From the NCBI GenBank assembly GCA_965215885.1, contig CBDCEW010000091.1, positions 43,775 to 107,774 of the forward strand: DNA of 64,000 nucleotides, given 5' to 3'. This document shows positions 29,246-38,922 of the stretch, one piece after another. This stretch comes from Candidatus Moanibacter sp. GTDB lineage: Bacteria; Verrucomicrobiota; Verrucomicrobiia; Opitutales; UBA2987. Under the pieces are notes generated by a model. That model saw only the letters and a program-made list of their open reading frames with translations, was not told the DNA's origin and ran no database searches. The first letter of the stretch is position 1. The number at the start of each line of letters is the position of its first letter. The translations under genes and the position numbers were made by a program.

Positions 29246-31619
29246 CAGACCTCACTATATTGCCCCTCTAAAGGCACTATGCAATCGCAAGTTTAAATCC
29301 CTATTTTTTGCCCAGTCGGAAGATGATTCTTCGGCCTGAACCGTCGGGCATCAGTAAGGGCTTCTCATTGAGAGTTTGCAGATACTCAAGCACCACCGCT
29401 TGCACCCGAGGGGGATAAGTTGCGGTGGGGAATAAATGCGCTTCGACCGCACAGCCCCTCTCTATAAGAACGCCGTCACTGTGAGTCAAATTGCGAAACA
29501 GATCGTGGTCGTCACGATAGTTGTTGTAGCGAGCTTTAAAGGGTTCGAGCTGCTTGTAGAAGCTGTTACGGGCGAAGATTTTCAAGGCATCCATGAGGGA
29601 CTTGTTAGCGGTGTCCAGGCGGACATAGTTTTCATCAATGAGGCGCTGCAGCCTCGAGCATTCGGTGTCGATTTGCTCCAGTTCGAGTTGGAGGGCTTTG
29701 AGGGCCTGATCGAGTCGACGGATCTTTTCGCCCCTTGAGGCGCTTTTGCCCGGGTGGGCATGCTCGGCCAGGAGCAGTCTTTTCAATTCTTCGGTGCATT
29801 GCTGTTTTTGCTTCAGGAGGGCTTTGGCGGCACCGCTTTTCTCCTGCTTCTCCTCAAGGTGTTGGGCTAATCGCTTGTAGTGGACGGTGCGATAAGAGGT
29901 GATCTGATTAATCCCAAAGTGCTTATCGAGGTATTTGAAGTCATTCTCCTGAATCCAGCGACTGAACATCCCTTTGATTACCTCTTCATTTCGGGCCTGC
30001 TGATCGGTCGCCAGGATGCTCACGGTAATGGTTCGATTTTTTGGATTGGTCGCCTCCACGATCCACTGCACCAGTTGAGGATTTTTCTTCCAGGGGCCCC
30101 GCTGATAGCGAAGATGATACTCCTGGAGATCTTCGGCATGGTTGCGCGCGCGCTGCAGGCGCAACTGCCCGTCGATCCGTTGGAGGGGCTGGGCGCTGGC
30201 CTTGTAACCTTTTTCCCAGGTAATGATTTCGAGTTGAGGATGCTCCACGATGGCTTCGTAAAACCACTCCGCGGCGATCGCCCGGTCCACGTAAATGCTC
30301 ACCTTCTTATCAGCCGGCAACTGCACCAGCTCGAGCATCGCTTCGCAGTTGGGGATAAACCGTTCCCTTATATCCTCATAGTTGTCAGTGCTCGCAAAAT
30401 AGACCGGATAGCCCTTGAGGGTATGAATAAAATCGCTGTGGAGCGCTTTGTCGGCCAGACGGATACCCGGACACCATCCCGCCAGCACCTTGCTCATTCC
30501 GGTGTAATGTTTGGTGTGCGGATCATAATAAAAGCTCTCTTCATCCGAAGCATTCAGGCCCCTCGCGTTCACTCTGAGGATCTCTCTTAAAAGCCCTTCA
30601 TCGGCCAGGGCGCTAAGGCTTTGGCGTTGCAGATAGGGGGTATACAGGACTCGCCCGATGAGTTTTTGCAGGTCTTCGAGATCGAGCAGTTTGCTCTGCT
30701 CGATATTGACCGCGGCCAACAACCCGCAAGCCACCCATTGTTTCAAAAGCCAGCCCTCTTCGCGATCAATCTGAGCGACTTCTCTGAGCGCGGCACTGAA
30801 CAGAAGTACTCCCAGGTGCCGATACCATTGCACCGCTTCGGAGCTCTCCCTCGAAAAATCGGGAGACTCCTTGCGATTGTCCCCTTCGCTTTCGGGGCTA
30901 TTTTCTGCTTCTTGCTCCTGTTCGTCCCTCCCCGAGTCCTCCGGGCAATCCCAGGGAGTCTCCCGATTTTGCGCCCTCTCGGCTTCGGCCTCCTTTGCCC
31001 GGGCCTCTTTAAGCTCCTTAAAGACAGGGCGCAAAGTTTCCCCACTGAGGTTAACTCCGAACACCTCCTCGATCTCCCCCCGTATCTTCTTGCTGTAGCC
31101 ATACCGACTCTCCCCATAGATCTGCCCGAAGCGCACCCGCCCAAAACTCCGGATTTCCCTCGTCAATTTGCGATGAGCGCTGCGTCCCGCCAGCACTCGC
31201 GCTAAGGTCTCGGCATCTCCGCTTTGAAGCGCCTCCCCCCACCGCTTCATCGTTTTGGGGTCAACCTCAAATTGCTTCTCTAAGCGCCCTTTCTTCAACC
31301 CCGCATTGTAGAGGCGCCCCACCAATAGCTTGAATTCAACTTGCTCCCGATCGTCCTCTACGACTTCAAAAAGCTCATGCCCGTAATAGACGTGCAGTTT
31401 GCCTTCGCTCAGATCCCGATAGACCGTGATCGAGGGATTACCCTTGTCCACTCCAAGGATGCACTGTAAGAAGGTCTCTTCTTTGACGGTAGGTTTCTCC
31501 ATTTTTCTTCGAATTTGATGGTTCGAAGATGAAGCCTACCGTTTTCTTTAGCTCTTAAAAGCCGGGAATTGTATCTGCGATTGCCCCCTGCCCGCCAACC
31601 CGCATGATAGCGAGTTCTG
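29246..31619 (-). mobile_element. Unclassified DDE IS, copy 1 (2374 bp)
   Basis: TIRs CAGACCTCACTAT / CAGAACTCGCTAT (11/13). Flanks AACTT and TGGTT do not match. Confidence 0.9.
29301..31502 (-). CDS. Large putative DDE transposase (733 aa)
   Basis: FYYDPH, IYVDRA, RWIQENDFK. N-terminal HTH-like region and coiled coil. TCG>TAG relative to copy 2 removes the last 8 aa. Confidence 0.85.
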   Translation of the reverse strand: MEKPTVKEETFLQCILGVDKGNPSITVYRDLSEGKLHVYYGHELFEVVEDDREQVEFKLLVGRLYNAGLKKGRLEKQFEVDPKTMKRWGEALQSGDAETLARVLAGRSAHRKLTREIRSFGRVRFGQIYGESRYGYSKKIRGEIEEVFGVNLSGETLRPVFKELKEARAKEAEAERAQNRETPWDCPEDSGRDEQEQEAENSPESEGDNRKESPDFSRESSEAVQWYRHLGVLLFSAALREVAQIDREEGWLLKQWVACGLLAAVNIEQSKLLDLEDLQKLIGRVLYTPYLQRQSLSALADEGLLREILRVNARGLNASDEESFYYDPHTKHYTGMSKVLAGWCPGIRLADKALHSDFIHTLKGYPVYFASTDNYEDIRERFIPNCEAMLELVQLPADKKVSIYVDRAIAAEWFYEAIVEHPQLEIITWEKGYKASAQPLQRIDGQLRLQRARNHAEDLQEYHLRYQRGPWKKNPQLVQWIVEATNPKNRTITVSILATDQQARNEEVIKGMFSRWIQENDFKYLDKHFGINQITSYRTVHYKRLAQHLEEKQEKSGAAKALLKQKQQCTEELKRLLLAEHAHPGKSASRGEKIRRLDQALKALQLELEQIDTECSRLQRLIDENYVRLDTANKSLMDALKIFARNSFYKQLEPFKARYNNYRDDHDLFRNLTHSDGVLIERGCAVEAHLFPTATYPPRVQAVVLEYLQTLNEKPLLMPDGSGRRIIFRLGKK

Positions 31620-31622
31620 TGG

Positions 31623-31817
31623 TTAGCTTAGAAACCTAATAATCCCCAGGGCAAGCCTGGGGGATTTGAAAATATGGGGTCTCCCGAATTAGCGAAGGAA
31701 ACCTAACCATCCCCGGGACGAGCCCCGGGGATTGCCCTTCCGACTACCGGCACCGACCCAACCCATTCTCAAAGATCCTCCGGGCTTGCCCCGGAGAGTC
31801 TCAGGTTTTCCGGCTAA
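31623..31817. repeat. TTAG-hairpin repeat cluster 2 (two plus units, one minus unit)
   Basis: TTAGCTTAGAAACCTAATAATCCCCAGGGCAAGCCTGGGGGAT at 31623, a variant at 31689, and an inverted unit ending CTAA at 31817. Confidence 0.9.
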
Positions 31818-31827
31818 AGAGCCTGTA

Positions 31828-31892
31828 TCACTTAGACAGTTCGAAACCGGCAATCAGGAAGTGTGGGTGACGATTGAAAGCGCGGGTGATTC
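31828..31892 (-). pseudogene. 3' remnant of a vapC paralogue
   Basis: ITRAFNRHPHFLIAGFELSK* versus ITGAFSFDHHFLIAGFELFE* at 34332. Confidence 0.75.
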
Positions 31893-32006
31893 AGTTATTA
31901 AACCACGTGTTGACGGTTGCCCTTGGATATCTGGCCAGTATAAGTCGGTAGGCATGGAAGTTAATCAGGTTATCGGTGCACAATATAAGGATCCGGGACA
32001 GCGCCA

Positions 32007-34037
32007 ATGAGCAAAGAATTTGATCTGGTAGTAGTCGGCGGCACGCCTGGGGGCGTGGCTGCCGCTATACGCGCGGCCCGGGAAGGCCTGCGTGTTCTTC
32101 TCACGCATTATCACGCTCACCTTGGCGGCCTTCTTTCCAGCGGTATTGGGGCGTTGGATACACAATACGGTGGTAAGCGCGCTCCCATCCATGGCGAATT
32201 CTGTGAGCGCCTGATTGACCACTACCGCGATACCTATGGCGCCGGCTCAGAACAGCTGAAGATCTGCCTTTACCATGGGCATTCCAAGTTCTGGGAGTTG
32301 GAAAAAGACCGTGGAGGAAAACTCGTGGAAGAGGTCGATGAACGCGAAGTGGCGGCGTTGCCGAACGAGTCGGCCTACTACTACGGCAAGATGCGTTTTG
32401 AGGCGAAGGTGGCGGAGAAGATCATCAACGAACTGGTCGCCTCCGAAGAAGGTATCGAGGTCTGGAAGAACTGCTATCCGACGGAGGTGGAACGGACCGG
32501 CCGGATGTTAACCGCGGTATACCTGAAATGGTTCGACGGCCGGGAACGCGCGCGGGTGGAAGCAAAGGCGTTCATCGACGCCTCCTATGAGGGCGACCTC
32601 ATGGCGGCGGCTGGCGCCCCTTACCGAGTCGGCCGGGAAAGCCGATCGGAATTTAACGAGATCCATGCCGGCCGGATATTCACGGCTCTGCATTTCGCCG
32701 ATGATGAGGAAGTCGGCTATCCAAGTGAGGCTGTCGTGGGCAAGCTGAACCTGGAACCCTACCGGGCCATCTCGCAGCAGATTCTGGCCGGAAGCACGGG
32801 CGGTGGAGATCACAGGATTCAAGCTTATAACTACCGTGTTAATCTCAGTTCGGATCCCGAAAATCGATTGATGCCGGAGAAACCTGCCAATTATGACCGC
32901 GACACCTACCTCGCACTTCGGGATCGATGGAGTTTGGGAATGGTGCTCCCAAACAAGAAACGCGGTTGGAATACGGCCAACCTGCCGGGTGGCGGCTATG
33001 AGTATCCGGACGGCGATTGGGAGACGCGCCGAGCGGTCGCACAACGGCATAAGGACCATGCTCTCGGGTTGCTCTATTTCCTGCAGCACGACGAGGAGGT
33101 TCCGCAGGCCTTACAGGAACAGTTTCAGCAACTGGGTTTGCCGGAGGATGAGTTCACGGAGAACGGGAATTTCCCTCACGAAATGTATGTGCGCGAAGGC
33201 AGGCGGCTGGAAGGGCGCTACATGCTCAAGGAATCTGATTGTACGCTCGCCCCGGAACTTGGCCGAGCTCCCATACTTCACGACAGTATCGCGATCTGCG
33301 AATGGTCCATGGATTCGCACTCCGTGAGTTTCGAAAAGATGCCCGGCGGAAGGCACGAAGGTAAAATCCTGCTCACGGAGATGACCCGGCCGTCTCAGGT
33401 ACCTTACCGCACGCTCCTCCCACCCGACATTGATAACTTGCTCGTGCCGGTCTGTCTTTCGGCGACCCATGTCGCATGGGGCACGGTCAGACTGGAACCG
33501 ACCTGGATGCACATCGGAGAGTCGGCAGCGCATGCTGTCGTATTGGCTCTGGAGAACGGCGTGGCTCCGGCCCATGTAGATGTTAACGAGCTGCAGAGGC
33601 GATTAGTCGAAGCCGGAATAATGATTTCGTTTTTTAATGAATTCGATATGGCAACCGGGGAACCGTGGGTGCCCGCCGTTCTGTATCTCGGAACGAAGGG
33701 ATTCTTTGCTGACTACGATGCCCGCCCGAATGATCCGCTCACTGCCGCCGAGGCCATAGTCTGGGCAAGCGCATTTGCGGAGCTATTGGATGGGAGCCTT
33801 GACACGACCAAACTGGCGAGGCGCATCCATGGGCTGAGTGAGAAAAGAGATGCCGTAACCGTTACCGAATTCGCCAGGCTTCTCGAGGACGAGCTTCGCT
33901 ACCGGGACCGGTTGCCTTCGGAAGGCGTCGCTCGGGGCGTCGGGCGGAACCATGAACCCGACCACCCCATTCTCAGGAAGGAGGCCTGCCGTATATTGTA
34001 TGACTGGCTGAAACACGTTAATGTACGTATTGGTTAG
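32007..34037 (+). CDS. FAD-dependent oxidoreductase
   Basis: VVVGGTPGG, DASYEGD, VREGRRLEG, VRLEP. Confidence 0.9.
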   Translation: MSKEFDLVVVGGTPGGVAAAIRAAREGLRVLLTHYHAHLGGLLSSGIGALDTQYGGKRAPIHGEFCERLIDHYRDTYGAGSEQLKICLYHGHSKFWELEKDRGGKLVEEVDEREVAALPNESAYYYGKMRFEAKVAEKIINELVASEEGIEVWKNCYPTEVERTGRMLTAVYLKWFDGRERARVEAKAFIDASYEGDLMAAAGAPYRVGRESRSEFNEIHAGRIFTALHFADDEEVGYPSEAVVGKLNLEPYRAISQQILAGSTGGGDHRIQAYNYRVNLSSDPENRLMPEKPANYDRDTYLALRDRWSLGMVLPNKKRGWNTANLPGGGYEYPDGDWETRRAVAQRHKDHALGLLYFLQHDEEVPQALQEQFQQLGLPEDEFTENGNFPHEMYVREGRRLEGRYMLKESDCTLAPELGRAPILHDSIAICEWSMDSHSVSFEKMPGGRHEGKILLTEMTRPSQVPYRTLLPPDIDNLLVPVCLSATHVAWGTVRLEPTWMHIGESAAHAVVLALENGVAPAHVDVNELQRRLVEAGIMISFFNEFDMATGEPWVPAVLYLGTKGFFADYDARPNDPLTAAEAIVWASAFAELLDGSLDTTKLARRIHGLSEKRDAVTVTEFARLLEDELRYRDRLPSEGVARGVGRNHEPDHPILRKEACRILYDWLKHVNVRIG

Positions 34038-34053
34038 GGTGGGGCCTCGCCGG

Positions 34054-34320
34054 TTAGCATAGGAACCTAACTATCCCCAGGGCAAGCCTGGGGGATTTGA
34101 TGTTGTGAGGGAGGACTCCTGAAGTAGCGAAGGTAACATAAGCATCCCCGGGACGAGCCCGTGGGATTGCCCTTCCGGCTACCCGACCGACCCAACCCAC
34201 TCCAAAAGATCCTCCGGGCTTGTCCCGGAGAGTCTCAGGTTTTTCGGCTGCCCGGACCGATCGACCCACTCCAAAAGATCCTCCGGGCTTGTCCCGGAGA
34301 GTCTCAGGTTTTTCGGCTAA
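34054..34320. repeat. TTAG-hairpin repeat cluster 3 (two plus units, two minus units)
   Basis: Collinear with cluster 2, with one extra 69-bp unit. Confidence 0.9.
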
Positions 34321-34331
34321 AGAACTCAGAG

Positions 34332-34764
34332 TTACTCAAACAGCTCAAAACCGGCGATCAGGAAGTGATGATCAAAGCTGAAAGCGCCGGTGATTCCCAA
34401 TTTCTTCATAACGGCGAAGGAAACGCCATCGACCATGCTGATATCCTGCCCCCGATATTGTGCCATTAGATCGAGGCCGGCCGTCTCATCTTTTCGCGAT
34501 GAGTCGTGAATCACAAAGGAGCCCGATTGGTAAATAGACCGGATTCTCTTAACCGCAACATCGGCGCTGCTTCTCCGCGAAAGGAGGGTTGCTGTCTCAA
34601 CCAGGACCAGATTCGTCGTCACCAGGGGTATCGCTTCTTTCCTGATTGATGACCAGCGTGACTGCGCATCATCGAAATATTGATCACGCTTCAGGTAACT
34701 GAGGTTAATATTGATCACGCTTCAGGTAACGAGCAAGAAAAGCGCCTGTGTCTACGAAGATCAT
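34332..34764 (-). pseudogene. vapC: PIN-domain toxin disrupted by a 31-bp insertion
   Basis: MIFVDTGAFLA from ATG 34764, VLVET, SMVD, FSFDHHF. Duplication 34676-34699 / 34707-34730 gives a stop after codon 19. Confidence 0.85.
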
Positions 34765-34997
34765 TCCTTTCTTCCGTAGAGGTATTCATCGTGACTTGCC
34801 GCGAAGTCGGTTGGACCGCTGTCGTCTATGACTTCACTGTCCGCCCAGAATGGATCCGTTTCCGAGGCCGGTTTGAGAGACACCTCTTTCTCAAGGGATC
34901 TGCGGATAAGCTGGCTCAAGGAGATTCCTAGCCGTTTTGCGCGCACCTCCGCTTTGGCTTTGACTTCCGAGTCGAGTAAAATGGTCGTTCTATGCAT
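34761..34997 (-). CDS. vapB: RHH antitoxin
   Basis: MHRTTILL...GISLSQLIRRSL. ATGA overlap with vapC. TTGACA (35033-35028) and dyad GCCATAcaTATGGC upstream. Confidence 0.8.
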   Translation of the reverse strand: MHRTTILLDSEVKAKAEVRAKRLGISLSQLIRRSLEKEVSLKPASETDPFWADSEVIDDSGPTDFAASHDEYLYGRKE

Positions 34998-35083
34998 AGC
35001 CATACATATGGCGTAGCAACTAGCTTCTGTCAAGCGGATCGTAGGAAGCTTATGGAAGAAAGCGGCTGATTCATAAACTGGAC

Positions 35084-35815
35084 TTGCCTTTCATTCGGCT
35101 CTTAACTTTTGAGGTCCGGTCTCTTCACCATCTGGAGGACGCAATTCTGAACAGCTTATTCGGATTACGATTACTGCGCCGACGCCCGGTTCGACTGATG
35201 CTGATTGGGTCAGTGGGAATCCTGCTCTTCATTTTGGTTGCACAGTTTCGGATTTCGCAACTTCCCGAGCCAGCTCCGGAGAAGTTTCAGGTGTCCGGGA
35301 AGGAGGTCATTCGTGACGAATTGGAGCGTATCCGGGAGTCGTCCTTCGGCGGATCGCCGCGAGGCAGGATCCTCTGTAACAGGGTGGAGAATTTCCTCGA
35401 GGAGGGGCGCATTATTTTCAGTTCCAAACTGGGAGGTCCTCGCGGTGTGTGGCACCAGAGTATTTTCGGGAGAGAGAAAATCTACGTGAGAATCCTTGAA
35501 ATGAATAACGCCCGCTTTATTCATCAGCTGCCCTACCAAATGATGGAGGCGATTGTCCATGAAGGCGTGCATTCTGCCCACGGCAGGTTTCACCGCAACA
35601 GCATCGAGGAAGAATGCGATGCCTTCGTCGCGGGCATGACCGTCGAGGCGCTGATTAAGGATGAAGATGTGCCCAACGTGTTCACGATCGATGGCAAGAC
35701 CCTGGGTAGCTATCTTCTGGCGGCCTATTCCGATCTTCGAAGAAACCCTTACTATCGTCCCATCGGCATTTCCCTTGAGGAGATCTACCGTCGCTCGGGC
35801 CTAGAGGGGCCTTAG
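35084..35815 (+). CDS. Membrane-anchored hypothetical protein with HExxH motif (start uncertain)
   Basis: One TM segment and IVHEGVHS...EEECDAF. Confidence 0.55.
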   Translation: MPFIRLLTFEVRSLHHLEDAILNSLFGLRLLRRRPVRLMLIGSVGILLFILVAQFRISQLPEPAPEKFQVSGKEVIRDELERIRESSFGGSPRGRILCNRVENFLEEGRIIFSSKLGGPRGVWHQSIFGREKIYVRILEMNNARFIHQLPYQMMEAIVHEGVHSAHGRFHRNSIEEECDAFVAGMTVEALIKDEDVPNVFTIDGKTLGSYLLAAYSDLRRNPYYRPIGISLEEIYRRSGLEGP

Positions 35816-35992
35816 TCCCGGCAAGCCGGGATCTGACCGATTCAATTTCTTTTCAATTCCGTCTTGCCGGGAAACTTCGAACACCGAAAGTCCCTACTTC
35901 GATGTTGGACGTTGAAAAAATCCGCGGTATTTTCGACTTTACGACGAGTCCGAATTTTTCACAGATTTGCGGACTGGAAAACGGAGAGCGAT

Positions 35993-36407
35993 ATGGCGTC
36001 GAACAATGAATCGAAGAGACAGCCGCGTAAAGGGCTCGAGCGAATTCTTTTCGCTACTGTTTTCTCTATCGATGGGATTCGTTCGGCGTTTAAGTTGGAG
36101 GAAGCGTTTCGCCAGGAAGTTTACCGGGCCCTCGTTCTAACGGTTGTTGCTGTGATTCTTCCGGTAGGGTTGACGGCGAAAGCAATCCTGCTTGGAAGTG
36201 TCTTCCTTGTCCTGATCGTCGAGTTGCTGAATTCGGGTCTAGAGACGACGATCGATTACATTTCTTCGGAGGAACATCCCTATGCCAAGCGTGTGAAGGA
36301 CATGGGGAGTGCGGCGGTTCTTCTCAGCCTGGTAAACCTGTGCGCTCATGTGGGGACTGGGGATCATCGATAACTGGGGTCTCATCGTTAGTCACTGGTC
36401 GTTCTGA
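35993..36407 (+). CDS. dgkA: Diacylglycerol kinase, frameshift near 36345
   Basis: EEAFRQE, VELLNSGLE..ID, AKRVKDMGSAAV. The last TM helix continues in another frame to TGA 36407. Confidence 0.85.
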
Positions 36408-36408
36408 C

Positions 36409-37188
36409 ATGACGCCTGACACGTACGTCGAAAAGGGATCCGGTCCCGCGGTGGTATTGAGCCACGGGTCGATGATGGCGTATGCCATGTTCGAGCGGCA
36501 GATTGAACACCTGGCGTCGCACTATCGAGTGATCGCCTACAACAATCGGACCTGGTTCCGTCCCGACGAAACCCACAGCCTCGACGATCTGGTGGAGGAC
36601 TGTCTCGATTTGCTGGATGAACTGAATGTTGGCAGTTGCGTCCTCTTCGGGATGTCGATGGGTGGGCACATGGCGATCCCTTTTGCCCTAAAATACCCGG
36701 AGCGTCTCGATGGTCTCGTATTGATGGGCGCGGGAGCGGCCGCTTTTCCACCGGAAATACAAGCCATTACCGGCGGGAGCTTCGCCGAACTCGATATCGA
36801 CGGGACGGTGCCGCGCGAGTGGGCTGAACAGACCATCCCAGTCGTCTTCGGAGAGACCACTATGGCAACCAACCGCCCCCTTATCGATCACTGGATCGAT
36901 CGGTGGACAGCAGCGCCGGCACGTGTCGTCTATCGCCAGGGTATGAGTTGGATATACAAGGAGGATCTCTCCGGCAGAATGGAAGACATCAAAATTCCCG
37001 TTCAAATTATCCACGGGGAGGAGGAGACGGCCTTTCTGATGGACTGGGTATTGCCGATGCTGAAGGCGCTCCCGGACTCGGCGTTAGCCCGGATAACCCG
37101 AGCCGGACACTTCGCGAACCTCGAAAACCCGGATGCGGTCAATGCCGCGCTCTCTTCTTTTCTGGAACGGGTCTATCCAAGCGATTGA
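36409..37188 (+). CDS. Alpha/beta hydrolase
   Basis: LSHG, GMSMGG, AGH...ENP. Confidence 0.9.
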   Translation: MTPDTYVEKGSGPAVVLSHGSMMAYAMFERQIEHLASHYRVIAYNNRTWFRPDETHSLDDLVEDCLDLLDELNVGSCVLFGMSMGGHMAIPFALKYPERLDGLVLMGAGAAAFPPEIQAITGGSFAELDIDGTVPREWAEQTIPVVFGETTMATNRPLIDHWIDRWTAAPARVVYRQGMSWIYKEDLSGRMEDIKIPVQIIHGEEETAFLMDWVLPMLKALPDSALARITRAGHFANLENPDAVNAALSSFLERVYPSD

Positions 37189-37456
37189 TCGGACCTCGGT
37201 TCTGGTGGGAGTTGAGGCATCTTTTTCGGTGATTGAACCACCGCCTCGGACCTATTTCCTTGAAACTGAACTTTTGAATCTGCCGGTTAAATTCGTAGTG
37301 GTCACCGAGTTCATTGAGGATGAGATCAATATTTTTCTTTTTCGTCTTCACTTTGAAGTGTTTCGATAGCAGCCTGATCGATCTTGTGGAATTCAAAGAA
37401 GACGTTCATTCAAATTGGTAATTCTCAGGAGCTTCCTTCACTCCTCGCGTTGCGCG

Positions 37457-38353
37457 TCAGGCTCCTTCCGGCCGCTCCCCAATCGCGGCGAGGCGCCGGG
37501 CGGCTTCGGCGTAGACATTCTCCGGCAGCGGACCGGCCTGTGCCGCCGCGACGTTGGCGCGCAGGTGCTCGAGGTCGGCGGTTCCGACGATGGTAGTGTG
37601 ACAATCCCGATGGCTTAAAGTGTAGCGGAGCACGAATTCATGGCGGTTCATGCCGTCAAGGAGATCATCCATTTCCGCCTGCTCCCACTTCGCCCGACGT
37701 TCGCCTGATTCCCGGTGCCCTTTGGCGACCCCTCCCCGAATGATGATCCCGGCTCCCAGACGTGCGGCCTCGCGAATCATATCTTCGTGCTGGCGCTCGA
37801 GGAGGGAATAGGGAATCTGAAAGGAGTCAAATACCCCCATGCGCGCGAATTCCAAAAGGTTAGGAGCAGTCGAGGAGACGCCTATAAACCGCGTCTTTCC
37901 GGAGGCCCGGATCTCCTCGAGGGCCTCGACGAGACCATTCCGCTCGACGTCCTCGACGGACGGGTTGTGCATCTGGAGAATGTCGACATGGTCGACCTTC
38001 ATCCTTTTGAGGCTATGCTCAATATTGCGACGGAAAACATCGCCTTGCCACAGGTGGGACGGCTCCTGCCGTAGCCCTTCCGGATAGGTGATGTTGCATC
38101 CGCACTTAGTGGAGAGAAAAAATTCGTCCCTCCGGTGGCTGATGTGCTTGCCGATGCGCTCCTCGCTGAGCCCGTAATCCGGAGAGCTGTCAATAAACGT
38201 GATCCCGGAATCGAGGACGGAATTGAGAACATTTTCGGCGTCCTTCTCGCTAATATCTTCCCGCTTTCCGCGAAGTTCCATCGCCCCGTAACCGAGTTGC
38301 GTGACTTCCAGGCCGGTTCGCCCGAGGGTTCGTTTGTTTAGGTAATTTCCCAT
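37457..38353 (-). CDS. Aldo/keto reductase
   Basis: LGRTGLEV, DSSPDYG, STKCG, DILQMH. Confidence 0.9.
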   Translation of the reverse strand: MGNYLNKRTLGRTGLEVTQLGYGAMELRGKREDISEKDAENVLNSVLDSGITFIDSSPDYGLSEERIGKHISHRRDEFFLSTKCGCNITYPEGLRQEPSHLWQGDVFRRNIEHSLKRMKVDHVDILQMHNPSVEDVERNGLVEALEEIRASGKTRFIGVSSTAPNLLEFARMGVFDSFQIPYSLLERQHEDMIREAARLGAGIIIRGGVAKGHRESGERRAKWEQAEMDDLLDGMNRHEFVLRYTLSHRDCHTTIVGTADLEHLRANVAAAQAGPLPENVYAEAARRLAAIGERPEGA

Positions 38354-38416
38354 AATCCAGACGCTGGGTCAGGGACCCTGTAAAGTCAACCGAACGCGGC
38401 GTTCTCGGTAGCGGAA

Positions 38417-38578
38417 CTTCGCCTCGACGAGAACAGAATCGTTGAATCCGAAGAGGTGCGTCCAGGGGTGATCCTTGACTTTGACGAAAGCGACCGCGTT
38501 GTGGGCGTCGAGTTTCTGAACATTTCCACTCTCGCTACTCCAGACGAACTCTCGTCGATTCAATTCCAGTCAACCTGA
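38417..38578 (+). pseudogene. DUF2283-like small protein lacking its N-terminus
   Basis: LRLDENRIVESEEVRPGVILDFDESDRVVGVEFL...*, translated by hand. No start codon. Confidence 0.65.
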
Positions 38579-38922
38579 CTCTGATGGCCCTAAATTGCGG
38601 CAGGAATCGCTCGCGAGCGAGCTTCCTACGATTTGTGTTAGCTGTTGTAGGAAGGCCGCTTGTCGAAGACTCTTCCGTACGGTAGAGCGGCCGAATCGGA
38701 AACGTCGGTGATAACTGTGAAGAGTCCCTAATTTGGCGACGTTCAGGCCTGACCCTTTCGGCCCTGGAACGAACGTTTCAGAATGGACTGGCTAAAATCG
38801 GCCGTTTCCTCTTCAGTGCAATGCACCGGGTTTGATACACGACATTTAGTCCGGAAATCTCACTGTGAGATAAGCGGGTTAGTGCAGATTCCCTTTCGGC
38901 AGCAGACAACGGATAGCGACCG

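Noticed and set aside
37189..37420. AT-rich remnant reading MNVFFEFHKI on the minus strand
   Set aside because: Too short and broken to assign.
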